Assembly: GCF_009914755.1 (NCBI RefSeq)
Contig: NC_060936.1
From: the human T2T-CHM13v2.0 reference genome, Homo sapiens
DNA length: 64,000 nt
Strand: one strand, 5' to 3'
Shown here: positions 44,671 through 57,829 of the stretch, one piece after another
Layout of the letters: the number at the start of each line of letters is the position of its first letter
Position numbering within the stretch: position 1 is the first letter of the stretch
Program-made: the position numbers and the translations under genes
The notes under the pieces: generated by a model
Told to the model about the DNA's origin: nothing
Seen by the model: the letters and a program-made list of their open reading frames with translations, nothing else
Database searches by the model: none

Positions 44671-45416
44671 AGCACAGTTTCATTACTCATTTTAGGATAC
44701 CACAATTTCATACATAAATCAGATCTTTATAAATGTCTTCATTTTCACATCCTAATATAGCATTTACTTCTGTACCAATCACTGGGTGAGATACTCTTAA
44801 CGTTCTTTGGGTCACCAAGGAAAAAATCTCCTTCCTGTTGATTTAGTTTGCAGGTCCCTGTCTCAGTTCCATGTGGAAGCCGCTGCATGCCTCTAAGTCA
44901 CCCAAACCCAAAATAAAAATTTTGTTACAGAATTGTTCTCTATTTGCCTCTTTGGTTGTTTCTCAACCCTGAATATGTTCCTAGGAAGGCTTCTTGGTTA
45001 TTCTTTATTCACTTTCAAGAAAATAGCCTTCCCTTTTCCCATCTCCAGCCCCTTTTCTAGTCCCACATTTTTTTCACTTAGAAGCACTGATTCCACTAGG
45101 TGGTAGGTAGGGAGATCAAAGTCACATTTCCAGTTCTCAGTTTTTTTTTTTTTTTTTTTTTAACAATGTGAGTAAGTTGTAGGGTAGGTACATGTTGATC
45201 GCATTTCATATACCTCAACTGCTGCCAGATTGGTTTTTTGTATGATTTATGGTTATGGAGCTTTATGGCTGGTGTGAGGTTATTTTGAATTTATTTAGAA
45301 AGCTCTTTCAAGTGTTTCAGTTTCACATCATAGAATATTTATAATTCTGGGTCAGGCATCATGTTTAGCTTGACTTCCAAGATACAGAATTCCAAACAGC
45401 CATTTGCTCCTCTAAA

Positions 45417-45420
45417 TAGA

Positions 45421-45468
<48 letters not shown>

Positions 45469-45515
45469 TAGATAGATACATAGATACATAGATACATAGA
45501 TACATAGAAAGATAG
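45417..45515 (+). repeat. Compound tetranucleotide STR (TAGA)n(CAGA)n(TAGA)n(TACATAGA)n
   Basis: Directly visible. Confidence 0.95.
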
Positions 45516-46482
45516 AAGCACAGTATATCTGTTTCCTGTACATCAATTTTCCTGGTACTGGATGGCTTCATTCTTTCTAATTCAAGACCCACCAGGCCTC
45601 GAGAATGATTAGAAACATTCATGCTTTAATATTAATACTTACAAAATCTCCCTGTTCTTATCTGAGCTTTGCATTTTTGTTAAGATGCTTAGCCAGAATG
45701 GAAGCTGCCCACACAATGCTTGTATAAAAATTATACTTGCTCAATAATATTCATATCTCCACCCACTCTTGAGTGGAACAGAACAAGCATTATGATATGC
45801 ATGTACACATTTGCATAAAAATATACCATACACAAATTCAAGTTTGCATGCCCAGTTCCAAATGCACACCACCATAGAAATGCACATTTGAAAAAGCATG
45901 CAATCTCAATGTCCAGACGTTTTCCTCCCTAGAGAGTGATTTTTTTCCTAAAATGAAAGAATAATAATAGCCTTAATTTATGTAGTACATTTTTTTCCAT
46001 TCTCCTCCCTTTACAAGAGATGAGTCAATTATTTTATGAGCAACTTAAAAAAGCATAAATTTTTTCTTCCTTTACGTATGGAGTAAGGCAAGGTGTCCCA
46101 GGAGACTAGTTCCTCATGCAAATTCAAGGGTGAAGTGAAATTTGTCAATATATTCTTCCTTTTATGACAGTCTTTCCTTCTCTTACAGCTACCTCAATTC
46201 TTTGCCAGCCAGCTGAGAGATCTCTATTGAAGAAATCTCTTGGCTAATCTCCCAGTTTCCCATCTCTTACTACAAAAGGTTTCAATTCACAAAACACAGG
46301 CTGACACAATCCTATTGAGTCCTCGCGATGGTCTTGCAATTTTGTAAACTCATAGAGCAGATGTTATATTTATTTAACAAACATATTTTCCACTTCTAAG
46401 AGTTCTTTCTTTTTTCTATTTACGTGTTGTATTTTTATTTCTTCCTAGTTTTCTTCTTCAGTTTTAATTTTTTAAGCTTTTA

Positions 46483-49400
46483 AAATTTTTTTCATTTTTA
46501 ATTTTCATGGGTACATAGTAGATGTATATATTTATGGGGTACATAAGATATTTTGATACAGGCATATAATGTGTAATAATCACATCACAGTAAATGAGGT
46601 ATCCCTAATCTCAAGCATTTATTATTTCTTTGTATTATGAACATTCCAATTATATTGTTTTAGTTACTTTTAAGTATACAATAAATTACTGTTGACTATA
46701 GTCACCCTGTTTTGCTATCAAATACTAGATCCTATTCATTCTATTTTTTTTAACCCATTAGCCATCCCTGCTCCCACCTGGTTCCCAGCTACCCTTCCCA
46801 GCCTCTAGTAACCACCATTTTATTATCTCCATGAGTTCAATTGTTTTAATTTTTAGCTCCCATAAATAAATGAGAACATGCAAGGTTAATCTTTCTGTGC
46901 CTGGCTTATTTCTATTAACATAATGTCCTCCAGTCCCATCCATATTGTTGCAAATGACAGGATCTTATTATTTTTATGGCTGAATAGTACTCCATTGTGT
47001 ATAAGTGCCACATTTTCTGTGGTACATTTTCATTTCCATTTGTCTGCTGATGGATGTTTAGGTTGCTTCCAAACTTTCGCTATTGTGAATAGTGCTGCAA
47101 TAAACATGGGAGTGTGTAGCTATCTCTTCAATATACTAATTTCCTTTCCTTGGGGAATATACTTAGCAATGGGATTTCTGGATCATATGATAGTTCTAGT
47201 TTTAATTTTTTGAAGAACCTCCATACTGTTCTCCATAGTGGCTCCACCAACTTACATTCCCACGAACAGTGTACAAGAGTTCCGTTTTCTCCACATCCTC
47301 GCTAGCATTCACTATTATTGCCTGTCTTTTGGATAAAAGCCATTTTAATTGGGGTGAGATGATTTCTCATTGTGGTTTTGATTAGCATATCTCTGATAAC
47401 CAATAACGTTGAGAGCACCTTTTCTTATACCTCTCTGCCATTTATACGTCTTCTATTGAGAGATGTCTATTCACATCTTTTGCCCATTTTTTAATTGGAC
47501 TACTAGATGTTTTTTTCCTGTAGAGTTGTTTGAGTTCCTTATATATTCTGGTTATTAATCCCTTGTCAGATAAGTAGTTTGCAAATATTTTCTCCTATTC
47601 TGTGGGTTGTCTCTTCACTTTGTTATTTCCTTTGCTATGCAGAAGCTCTTCAATTGGATGTAATCCCATTTATCCCTTTTTACTTGGCTTGCTGGTGCTT
47701 GTGGGGTATTTTTCAACAAATCTCTGCCCAGTTGAATGTCCTGGAGTGTTTTTTCAATATTTTCTTGTAGTAGTTTCATGTTTGAGACATTAGATGTATG
47801 TCTTTAATCCACTTTGATTTGATTTTTGTATACAATGAAAAATAGGGGTCTAGTTTCATTCTTCTCGTATGGATATCTAGTTTTGCCACCATCATTTATT
47901 GAAGAGGCTGTGTTTTCCCAAATCTACGTTCTTAGCACCTTTGTTGAAAATAAGTTCACTTTAGATGTACGGATTTATTTCTGGGTTCTCTATTCTGTTC
48001 CATGTGTTGGTTTTTATGCCAGGGAAAATATTCTTCATACATGAAGGAGAACTTGGATATACTATTCAAGGGTAAAAGATTTTTTCCTTCAGCACTTTAA
48101 ATATGTCATGCTACTCTGTCCTGGCCTATAAGGGTCTCCACTGAGAAGTCTGCTGCCAGGCATATTGAAACTCCATTGAATGTTATTTGTTTCTTTTCTC
48201 TTGCTGCTTTCAGGATCCTTTCTTTACATTTGGCCTTTGGGAGTTTGGTTATTAAGTGTCTTGAGGTAGACTTATTTGAATTGAATCTGCTTGGTATTCT
48301 ATCACTTTTTTGTAATTGAATACTGATCTCTTTATCTAGGTTTGGAAAGTTCTCTTTTATTACACCTTTGAATAAACTTCCTATTTCAATCTCTCTTCAT
48401 CCTCTTGAAGACCAATAACCATTAGATTTCCCTTTTGAGGCTATTTGCTAAATTTTGTAGGTGTGCTTCATTGTTTTTTCTTTTGTTTCTCTGATTGTAC
48501 ATTTTCAAATAGACTGTCTTCAAGCTCGGTTATTCTTTCTTCTGCTTGATCAATTCTGCTGTTGAGAGAATCTAATGCATTCTTTGGTATGTCAACTGAA
48601 TTTTTCTGCTCCAGAATTTTTGCTTGATTTTTAAAAATTATTTGTCTTTTTGTTAAATTTATCTGATAGAATTCTGAATACCTTCTCTGTATTATCTTGA
48701 ATTTCAAAGAGTTTCCTCAAAACAGCTATTTGGAATTCTCTGTCTGAAAGGTTACATATCTGTCTCTCCAGGATGCTCACTGGTATCTTATTTAGTTCAT
48801 TTGGTCAGGTAACATTTTCCTGGATAGTCTTGATGCTTGTGGATACCCATCCGTGTCCAGGAATTTAAGTTAGGTATTTATTGTAGTTTTCTCAGTCTAG
48901 ACTTGTTTGTACCCATTCTTCTTGGGAGGGATTTCCAAGTATTCAATGGAAATTGAGTAATGTAATTTAAGACTTTGGTTACTGCAGCCATATCTGCATT
49001 AGGGGGCACCCCAAGCCCAGGAACACTGAGACTTTTAGAGACTTACAGAGGTCCAGCCTTGGTGGACCTGAGAGAGAATTGGGTGAGATCTGAGAGAATT
49101 CCATGGATTATCAGGCATAGAATTTTGTTGTCTTCTTTTACTTTCCACTAACAAACATAGTCTTTCACTCTGTGCTGAGCTGCCTGGAGATAGGGAAGCA
49201 CTCCCTGGAGGGCACAAACACTCCTGTGGCCACCTCCACTGAAATTGCACTGGGTCAGATCTGAAGCCAGCACAGCACTGGATCTTGCCCAAGGCCTGTG
49301 GTGACCACTGCCTGACTACTGATGATGTTCACTCAAGGCCCAAGTGTTCTTAAGTCAGAAGGCGGTGAATCCAGACAGGCTTGTGTACTTCCCTTCAGGG

Positions 49401-50900
49401 GGGTAAGCTCCCACTTGTCCCAGGATGGGTCCAGAAATGCTGTCCGGGAACCACAGCCTGGAGTCAGAATCCTTAGGAATCCGCTTGGTACTATTCTACT
49501 GCAGCTGAACTGGCATGCAAGCCACAAGACAAAGTCCTTCCCATTCTTTTCTCTCCTTTCCTCAAGCAGTAGTCTCCCCTGTGGGTACCACTGCCCCAGG
49601 CCCATGTTGTGTACTGTGTGGCTATTGCCGATATTCACTCAGGGCCCAAAGGCTCTTCAGTTAGCTTGTGGTGAATGCTGCCAGGCCTGAGTCTCTCCTT
49701 TCAGGGCAGTGGGCTCCCCTCTGGCCCAGGGAAGGTCCAGAAATGTCATCTAAGAGCTACGGCCTGGAATCTGGGACTTTAAGAGCCTGCTTTGTGCTCT
49801 ACTCCACTGTGACCAAGCTGGTGCCCAAGCTGCACAACAAAATCTCCTTTATTCTTCCCTCTCCTTTCTTAAGCAGGAGTCTCTCCTCGTGGCCAGCTCT
49901 GCTCAGAATATGCTGGGCCATGCCAGAAGCCAGCATGTCTCTGAGTCTCACAAGGCACGTGGCAAGTACTGCCTGGTTACCACTGATGTTTATTCAAGGC
50001 CCATGGGCTCTTTAGCCAGCAGGTGATGAATCTTGCCTGGATGATGTCCTTCCCTTCAAGATAGTGGGTTCCCTTCTGGTGCAGGGTGTATCTAGAAAGA
50101 CAGGGAAGATAGTGCCTGGACTGGGAGCCTCAGGAGTTAGGCAAACTGCCTAAGACCTTATTTGACTGTGGCTGAGCTGTTATTTCCGAGTTGAAAGATG
50201 AAGTCCCCTTTACTCTCCCATCTCGTCTCCTAAAGTGAAAGGAAGGAGTCTCTCTCAGAACTGTGGGCTTCACTGCCTTGGGCTGGGTGAGGAGTGGTGC
50301 AAGCAGTTCCTTGGCTGGTGTCCCACTAGGTCATGTACACCCCAAGTCCAATGGCTTGGAACCAAGCAAAGGGCTAAGATTTGCCCAGGAATTACAGTCC
50401 TTGTGGCATAGACCATCTTTCAAGTTTATTTAGGACCCAAGGGCACTTTAGCCCACAGTGGTGGGGCTAGCCAGAACTTGGGTTCCACAAGCTGGAACGG
50501 ATAATTCCCCTCTGACTAGGGATGCTCTAAGTGCTCCCTCATAGGCTCTTGCTGACTTCTCCCCTGTGTTGCTTTCCACTATGATGGGGCAGCACTTAGT
50601 TGCAATGCAAAGTCCAGCAATCACTGCATTCTTCCTCTCCCAAACACACAAATTCTCTCTCCATGCCACACTGCATTGTCAGGGAATGGGGCAGGGTTGG
50701 TGTAGGCAATTCACAGCTGTCTTTCCTACCTTCTCTTTCCTAGATATGATGTTAAAACCAGGTACTGTGATTGCTCACCTAAATTTTGGTTGTTATAAAG
50801 GTGGTTTCTTGTGTGGACAGTTGTTCAATATGGTGTTCCTGAGGTGGGGGAGTACAATCGCTGGAGGGTTCTATTCATCCACCTTGTTCCACTTCTCTCC
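46483..50900 (-). mobile_element. L1MA2/3-like element with both ends but a large internal deletion (3' UTR + ORF2 tail 46483-48021; ORF1 + 5' UTR 48051-50900)
   Basis: L1MA 3' UTR (gttgactatagtcaccctg; cccagcctctagtaacc); ORF1 remnant LNSRIDQAEERITELED; candidate TSD core aagctttta (46474-46482 / 50911-50919). Confidence 0.8.
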
Positions 50901-51589
50901 CTATTTCTTCAAGCTTTTAGAAAGTATCTGTTAGGATGTATTAATTTCATAAATTAGCTTTTGAAAGTTGATTTTGTTAGATGCATTACTCAGTTTTAGA
51001 TTTCCTTATGTATTTTTGAATTCTGGTTTTCAGGCGCCCATCCTCCCTACTTCTGCCTTGCCCCTGACCTTGGCTTTTGACAGTAATCCTAGATCCAGTC
51101 TCCACTTTCGCACAAAACTTTTAGTCCTCTACCAAACAGAAACTGAGACTCTGCGTCAGACCATAGTAGTTCCTAGGTCTCAATCCTGTATACTTCTTAG
51201 GTTTCTATTCCATTTGAGGGTCACTGAAATGTTCTATCTTGCTTTTGAACTTGGCCCTGTCTTTTAGATTTTTTAGTCTTAATTTCTTTCCCATTGTTAT
51301 GTATTATAAACTTATGGGGTCATATTGACAGGAAGTTTGTGGCATCCTCATTTTATTTATTTATTTTTAATTTTATTTTTGTATTTCCTCAGAGACCTTT
51401 GTTCTGAACCTCATTTTACAGATAGAAATGAACTGAAAAAGGTTCATTAGCCTGCTCCAAGTTGCAAACCTAATCAATGGTACAGTCTGGGCTACCATTT
51501 AAGTCTTTCACTTGGCTCTGATGATCAAAATTTATTTCATTTTACAGAGAGCTGCTCTCAGTGAACTGCTGATCAGCTGTGATAAAGCA

Positions 51590-52080
51590 AAAAAAGTAAA
51601 TAACTTAGAGTCAGAGAACCTGAACTCAAGTTCTCACTCTGCCAATTACTAGTTTCTCTTGGCCTCAGTTTGCAATATTGTATAACAGCAATACAGTCAT
51701 GTATCACCTAACAACAGAGATATGTTCTGAGAAATGCATCATTAGGCAATTCCATCACTATGCAAAACAAACATCAAAGAGTGTACTTACACAAACCTAG
51801 ATGGTATATATTTTTTATTTATATATATGTATATATATTTTCTTATGGAAAACCAAATGCCCCAGTACCATTAGTAATATCAATCATTTCCCCTACTTGA
51901 TCTGCAATGCCAATATCCAGTACCAGATATCAGGTTTCTAGATATGCTCTATTTTAACATTATGACCCAAACATTGCTATGTGACAAATGACTATATTAC
52001 CAATTACCTTACACAGTGGTCATAAAATTAATACATGTGAGAACTTTTAAAAAAAATGCAAAGCACTATGTAAATGTGAA
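51590..52080 (+). mobile_element. MIR interrupted by Tigger3
   Basis: agagtcagagaacctgaactcaag...ggcctcagttt | tacctt...aaagcactatgtaaatgtgaa. Confidence 0.65.
51694..51994 (-). mobile_element. Tigger3d-like MITE, same family as 36316-38889, opposite orientation
   Basis: TA|cagtcatg...ctgagaaatgcatc...tacacaaacctagatggtat...atcaggtttct...atgacta|TA. Confidence 0.85.
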
Positions 52081-52504
52081 AGTTTAAACAGCTAAAAGAT
52101 TTGTCTTTTCAAAGATATATAAATAATATGTGTTTACTTCTGAGAAATAATAAAATACAGATAAGCATAAAGGAAAGAAATTGTTTGCAATGTAATTTAG
52201 CAGTGTATTCTTCTAGATTTATCTCAATATATATATTTAAATTAGCAACTTAATCGAGCGCACTTGTCAAAATTTTATCTATATCCATCTATACAGTAAT
52301 AAATCATGAAACTGTCTCCTCAAGAAGTTTTGGGGAAGGGTTTTGACACAAAATCAGGTAAAGTAACATTAGGTTATTTGCCAAATATAGCATTAATTGT
52401 CTTACCTTGATTTGTCACAGTCTTTGTGTTCAGGTCTCAAGGACAAAGCTTCCATTTAGATGAAGCCTTTCAACAAACTATTTGTGGATTACTCTTCTAT
52501 ACTT

Positions 52505-53000
52505 CATGGTTGCAAGCTAGAGAATCCTCTTTAGCTATTTGGAGCAGAAGTGAATCATTCTAGGTATTAATTAGCTCATGGAATCTTTTGGAGTGCTAGA
52601 GAATCAAGCTCAGATGTTTCACAACCAGAAACAAGGCATCCAGCGTTAAAGCCAACAGATGAAATATCCACGCACACTACCCGACTATTCTAGAAGAACT
52701 GCACATTGATTTCACACATGAGTACCAGTACCTACACCTAGATTTAAGAGATTTCACTAAAACTGTCCCTAAAGAACCAGACATCTCTATCACCATGCTT
52801 GCCACATGTGGCTACTGCCTTCTCTGTTCCCTTCTGCTTCTAAATTTGCTCAGTAGAACCAAATTCCCAATAGAAATGTAGCTTCAAGGAAATCTAGAAA
52901 TAAAGTTCTGTTTTGTTCTGTTTTAATTTTTCAGCTCTATGGTAGGAAGGTGAGATATAATGGATACAGAATGGGTAATCAGTAAGCCAGTCTGCAGTAT
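52505..53000. mobile_element. Old MaLR (MLT1-type) LTR remnant
   Basis: ggttgcaagctagagaatcc; tagcttcaaggaaatctagaaa resemble old MLT1 motifs. Confidence 0.4.
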
Positions 53001-53019
53001 CTGGTAAGTACTGTAAGTA

Positions 53020-53170
53020 GGTAGAGGTAGGCACTGTAATTTCCCCCATTTTACAGATAAGGAAATTGAGCCTTAGAAAGATTATGTTATTTGGTCAATA
53101 ATAAAGGTATATAGAAGGAAGCAAGGATTTCAACCCAGGTATTCTGATCAACATTCACCTTTTAACTACT
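53020..53170 (-). mobile_element. MIR
   Basis: ccccattttacagataaggaaattgagccttaga; ggatttcaacccaggt. Confidence 0.75.
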
Positions 53171-53289
53171 ACAATATTTAATAATTACTTCATTACATGA
53201 CTTCTCCTTAGAAGAATATGAGTGACTGAAGAACAATAATTCTTTCTAATTCAGTAAGTATTTTTCAGTATCAAATTCTGGGGGCTGCA

Positions 53290-53760
53290 TTCATTCAAAA
53301 CTTCATTTAGTCATTCAAGACTTTTAATTAAATACCTACTATGTGCCAGTACTCTTCTAGAGACCTAGGAATATGGTGGTGAATAAAACGCGCATAGTTC
53401 CTGATATCATGGAGGTCAGCATTTAGTGTTAGAGTTATCAGGTGAAAAAGTATGCATTAATTAAACGTGACTAAAAAGATATATGAAAATAAGAGAGCAT
53501 TTAAATGGGAGATTTAAGCTAGCAGGTGCAGGCAAAGAAAGATTTCCTAGGGAAGCTGTTTGAGTTATAGAGACCTGTAAGATGAGTAAGTATCAGCTAG
53601 CCTAAGGGACAGGTTCTGGGAAGACAGTATTGTAGGCACATGGAATAAATAGAGTATGAGATGTCCTGGAGGTTGAAAGGAGGTCAGGGGATTGAAAGAA
53701 GTCAAGTGTGGCTAATCATAGACAGTAAGTAAAAACTGACCCTGCGATAAGTCTAAAGAG
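53290..53760 (-). mobile_element. L2
   Basis: tcattc...taattaaatacctactatgtgccag...ggtggtgaataaaac. Confidence 0.75.
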
Positions 53761-54689
53761 GTAGAAACCCAACCAATGTTCATTGAATGAATAAAGGTGT
53801 GCAATCTCTAGTAGATGGTAGCTGTGATGCCTTCTAAACTTCCTGCTTCCACTGAGATTCCATGATTCCAAAAGAGGCAGTATATCTTTGTATATTTAGA
53901 AAAGAAAAGGCGAGGCCAGAGTGGTAAACTCTCCTAAAATTATCAAAACATATTGATAGTCTACATTAACACTTTAGAATGAATCACTTTTGTGGATGCT
54001 ATGGATTCTGCAAGGAGAAAATTAGAATGGACCCATTTGTCTAACACCTAAAAGTAAAATGGGAAAGACTAACAGAATAATTTAGAATAATTAAAATTAA
54101 GTAGATTAGTTTTTTCTCTTCTTCTTTATTTGACCTTTGAGATAATGTTTTGTCTTTATGAATAAAGAAAAATCTTTAGAAATTTGCCTAAAGCTCCTTC
54201 TCAAAACAATAAGTGTACAGAATGCTTATATCAAGAATACTATAATTTATTTTTAATATATTTTTAATCAAATAGAAAAAATCAAACTGCCCTATTTCTG
54301 TCAAAAGAAAAATGTGAATATATTCCATCTATATTCAGTAGGCAGAATCCTCAAAATAACTAATACCAAATACAAGTTTTCAAATCTTTCAAAGATTTAC
54401 ATTATGTATTCCAAAGTAACAGCTAAAATCATATATTAACTTACACATATATCTTTTAAGTCTACCAGTAAAATGTGTGACCATTGAAACACATTTAGTG
54501 ATGAGCAGGAGCCACATTCAATGAAGAAAATTAAGTAGCAGTCCAGCCTCTCTAGACTACATGAGAATAGATCCAATATCCCATGATTCACAATTGTTTT
54601 TAAATACATGGTTTATTTCTCTATTATTTGAAGTTTGTTTTTTTACACATATATCTGAACTTCAAACACTGTCTGACATTCCTGAAATA

Positions 54690-55690
54690 GCTTTAATATT
54701 ACTTTTCTTTATCTCATTGCCTTCTCTCCCAGGTCAATGGACAAAGCTTAAGGCTTCCAGCATAAGACTAATCCCTTTATCTGTCCTCTGAATCTCATTG
54801 TCAGCTGCTTTTTCAGGGACCTTACTTAATTATTGCTCTCCTCTCAGCATCTACAACCTTTTCCTCTCAACTAAATCTTTACTCTCACCATATAACCATG
54901 CTAAAATCTCTGTGCTGGCAAAAACAATCAAAGACAAATAATAAAATAACCCCTCAAGTATTCTCTCCTCATCTGCAATTCTTGTCTTCTCTTTTATTTA
55001 CATCCAATATTTTTGAAGAGTCATTGGTACCTACCAGCAATTCTTTCTCACCTCTCACTCACCTCCACTGCAAACTGGCTTTTACCCTTATGCTCCAATG
55101 AAATTACTCCTGAAACTGTCACAGTGACCTTTTAGTTGCTACATGCAGCGGGCACTTTTCAAGTTGGGTTGATCCCTCAGGAGCATTTGATACTATTAAC
55201 CAGAAATTTCCTGGAGCATATAGAACTGTAAGGAACAATAAGCCATGTTCCCAGAATCACCACATGGAAGGGCACCCAATTAACACTCAAATAAACTATT
55301 CTTTGTGCACTAAATAAACCTGCATTGTGTTAGACCAATGGGATTTATAAAACTGTTCCAGCACATAGCATTACTTACCTTGACAAACACATGAGTCTTA
55401 TTAGGTCATTCTTAATCTGTCTCCCTGATTACCCACCATTCCCCTGCTGTGAACTCTATGCCCTAGCTACACAAACCACTGTGTGTGTATATGCATGTGT
55501 GTGTGTTTGTCCATGCTATTCTATTCTTAATTCCTTTCTTCCTATTATTTGTTGACACATTCTTTTAGTCTCACTTACAGCCTTTGAGAAAGCTTCCCTG
55601 TTTCTGACAAGCATATTTACTCCATTTCACCTCATATATCTCTCTTTGTAGCACTCATGCTATTGTATCATAATTGTTTTCTGTCTCTTA
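54690..55690 (+). mobile_element. L2 fragments with an MLT1 LTR 3' piece (~55200-55391)
   Basis: tgctccaatgaaattactcc...cagtgacc; aataaacctgcattgtgttagacc...ttgacaaacaca. Confidence 0.55.
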
Positions 55691-56809
55691 AGAATGGATT
55701 CTTAGGTTTTTGGAATATGTAAATTACAGGAATTCTAGGCATGCTTTATCAAAACAAGGTTGAAATGATAAACACTGGGCCCTTACATAAAATTTTGTAA
55801 GAACATCAGGTTCTGACAAAGAAGAACGAATTTGTGGTTTTATATTTTGTTTCCCTTTAGTTAAACCCTAGATATCAAAGATTTATAATTTCTTAAAAAT
55901 AAAATCTTGCCTACTTTTGGGCAACAAATACATGAACCAAATATCCTTTGTATCTAATTTCCTTAGAGGTGATTTTCTATGCATAACAGAATTATCTTTT
56001 GCAAATTATATTTGCATATGATCAGTCACATTTTTTGTATTTCAAATGTATTAATATTTCAATTAGCTAAAAGCAATAAGAAAAATATTTATCTAGTCTG
56101 CTGTGGAAGTGCTAATATAATTTTAAAAAACAACTAAGAGCACTAATTTTGTTGTCAATTTCATATCCTTATAATTACCTCTTAAATAGGCTGCACTTCT
56201 CTCATGGTAATCACTGCTGTTTTCAAATGGCTTGCAAAGAAGAAAAGCATTTAAGCTAACTCCTAGAACAGATGAAACTATTTATTTTGACATTTGTCGG
56301 CTTTGGACCATGTCCTTTCCAATTCTGAAAAAGACAACCTGGGAACTTACGTGTTTAGAACAAATAATTTTAATAACTTTGGAGGTGATTTAAAATGGAG
56401 CCAATTTTAGGTGTCAGATAAAATGATCCTAATTCATCTTATATCAAAGATACTGGGCAGTGACATTGGTTGGGGTGTGGTCAAATTGTTACTATGCCAA
56501 TCACTCAGTAAAGGAGTCTGAATCGTCAGTGGACAAGATCTAGAGATCTGAGAAATAACTCCTTTCTTTGCAGCCCTCTCTATGATAGACACTCAAGAAT
56601 GAGAGAAAATGTAGGGTCATTCTTTTAGGCATGGTCATATCAATTCAAAGGAAGACAAAATAGTTTAGGAAGTGGATTCTAATGCAAGAGATAGTTTAGA
56701 GGAAGAATGGAAAGTGACGTTAGTATAGTTTATGAGGTAGTGGTTTCAGTTGTTAAATATAGATAAAGAGAACAGAAGAATATAAATATTCTAAACTGTA
56801 TCAGAAAGA

Positions 56810-56940
56810 ATCATGGAACTTTAAAAGCATAAAGGACTTTAGAGAGACATCATTTTCGTTCAGTCCTTTCATTTTAAAGAGGAGGAAACTGACCTTTAAA
56901 AAGGTTAAATCACTTGACCCAGGTTGCACAGAGAGTTAGT
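56810..56940 (-). mobile_element. MIR
   Basis: cattttaaagaggaggaaactgac...aaggttaaatcacttgacccaggttgcaca. Confidence 0.7.
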
Positions 56941-57640
56941 GAAAATAGTGTCTGTGGGTTCCTATGGTGGGGATAGGGAAGAACATGTAAGGGAAGAAAG
57001 GAAGTGGGTCTCTTTTCATTCTGATCCAGAAACGCAAATCCTTTAAAAGGTAGGCAGACCTTTTTAAAAAAACAGCTGGCATCACCTGCGGAGCTGAGCC
57101 AAATGCTGTGGTTGGTACCCAGCCTGAGCCTAAAAAAAATGCTCTTTGTAAAATTTCTCTTTGTGCACGGATAACCTTCACAAAATTAGTTCATGCTTGC
57201 TTTTAAATTACTTTGCACCTGTCCTAATCATACCTGAAGGTGGCAATGTCCTAAGAGTTACATAGGGTTTGTAAAATTGGGCTACTGGCATTATTTTTAG
57301 GAGCACTCTGCCTTACTTAATTTGGAGAACATTTTTTTTCCTACTAATTTCGATGCCACATGCTTTATAACTCAACTTTAATTTTCCTCCAAAGATATCC
57401 AATTTATTATCCTTGTCTTTAGTGTATATTTGCTTCAAGAGACAGTCTCCACAATGCTGATTGGGATATCATATGAATTCCATAAATTCATTTTGAAGTC
57501 CTTGGTTTTAGCTTATAGGATTTCTACATTTTGACTCACTTTTCTTATGTATTTTCTTGATAGTTACCCCCCTGCCTAAACAATTTAACTCTTCCTTTTC
57601 TTTTTTTAACTTAGCCACCTCCCTAAATGCATGTATACAT

Positions 57641-57700
57641 TCTCTCTCTCTTTCTCTCTCACACACGCACACACACACACACACTCTCTCTCTCTCTCCT
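57641..57700 (+). repeat. (TC)n(CA)n(TC)n compound microsatellite
   Basis: Directly visible. Confidence 0.92.
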
Positions 57701-57829
57701 CCCCTTCCCCACCACCACACACATAAAATCATAAAAGCTGTTTTCCCAAATGGAGAGGTATGAAGCATGTGAGAGGTCTGGAGAAGACCAGGAGTCATAA
57801 ATGTGCACAAGCCAACTTAAAATATGTTA

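Noticed and set aside
49322-50934. Cluster of 100-120-aa ORFs in GC-richer DNA
   Set aside because: They lie in an old L1 5' UTR; higher GC simply lowers stop frequency.
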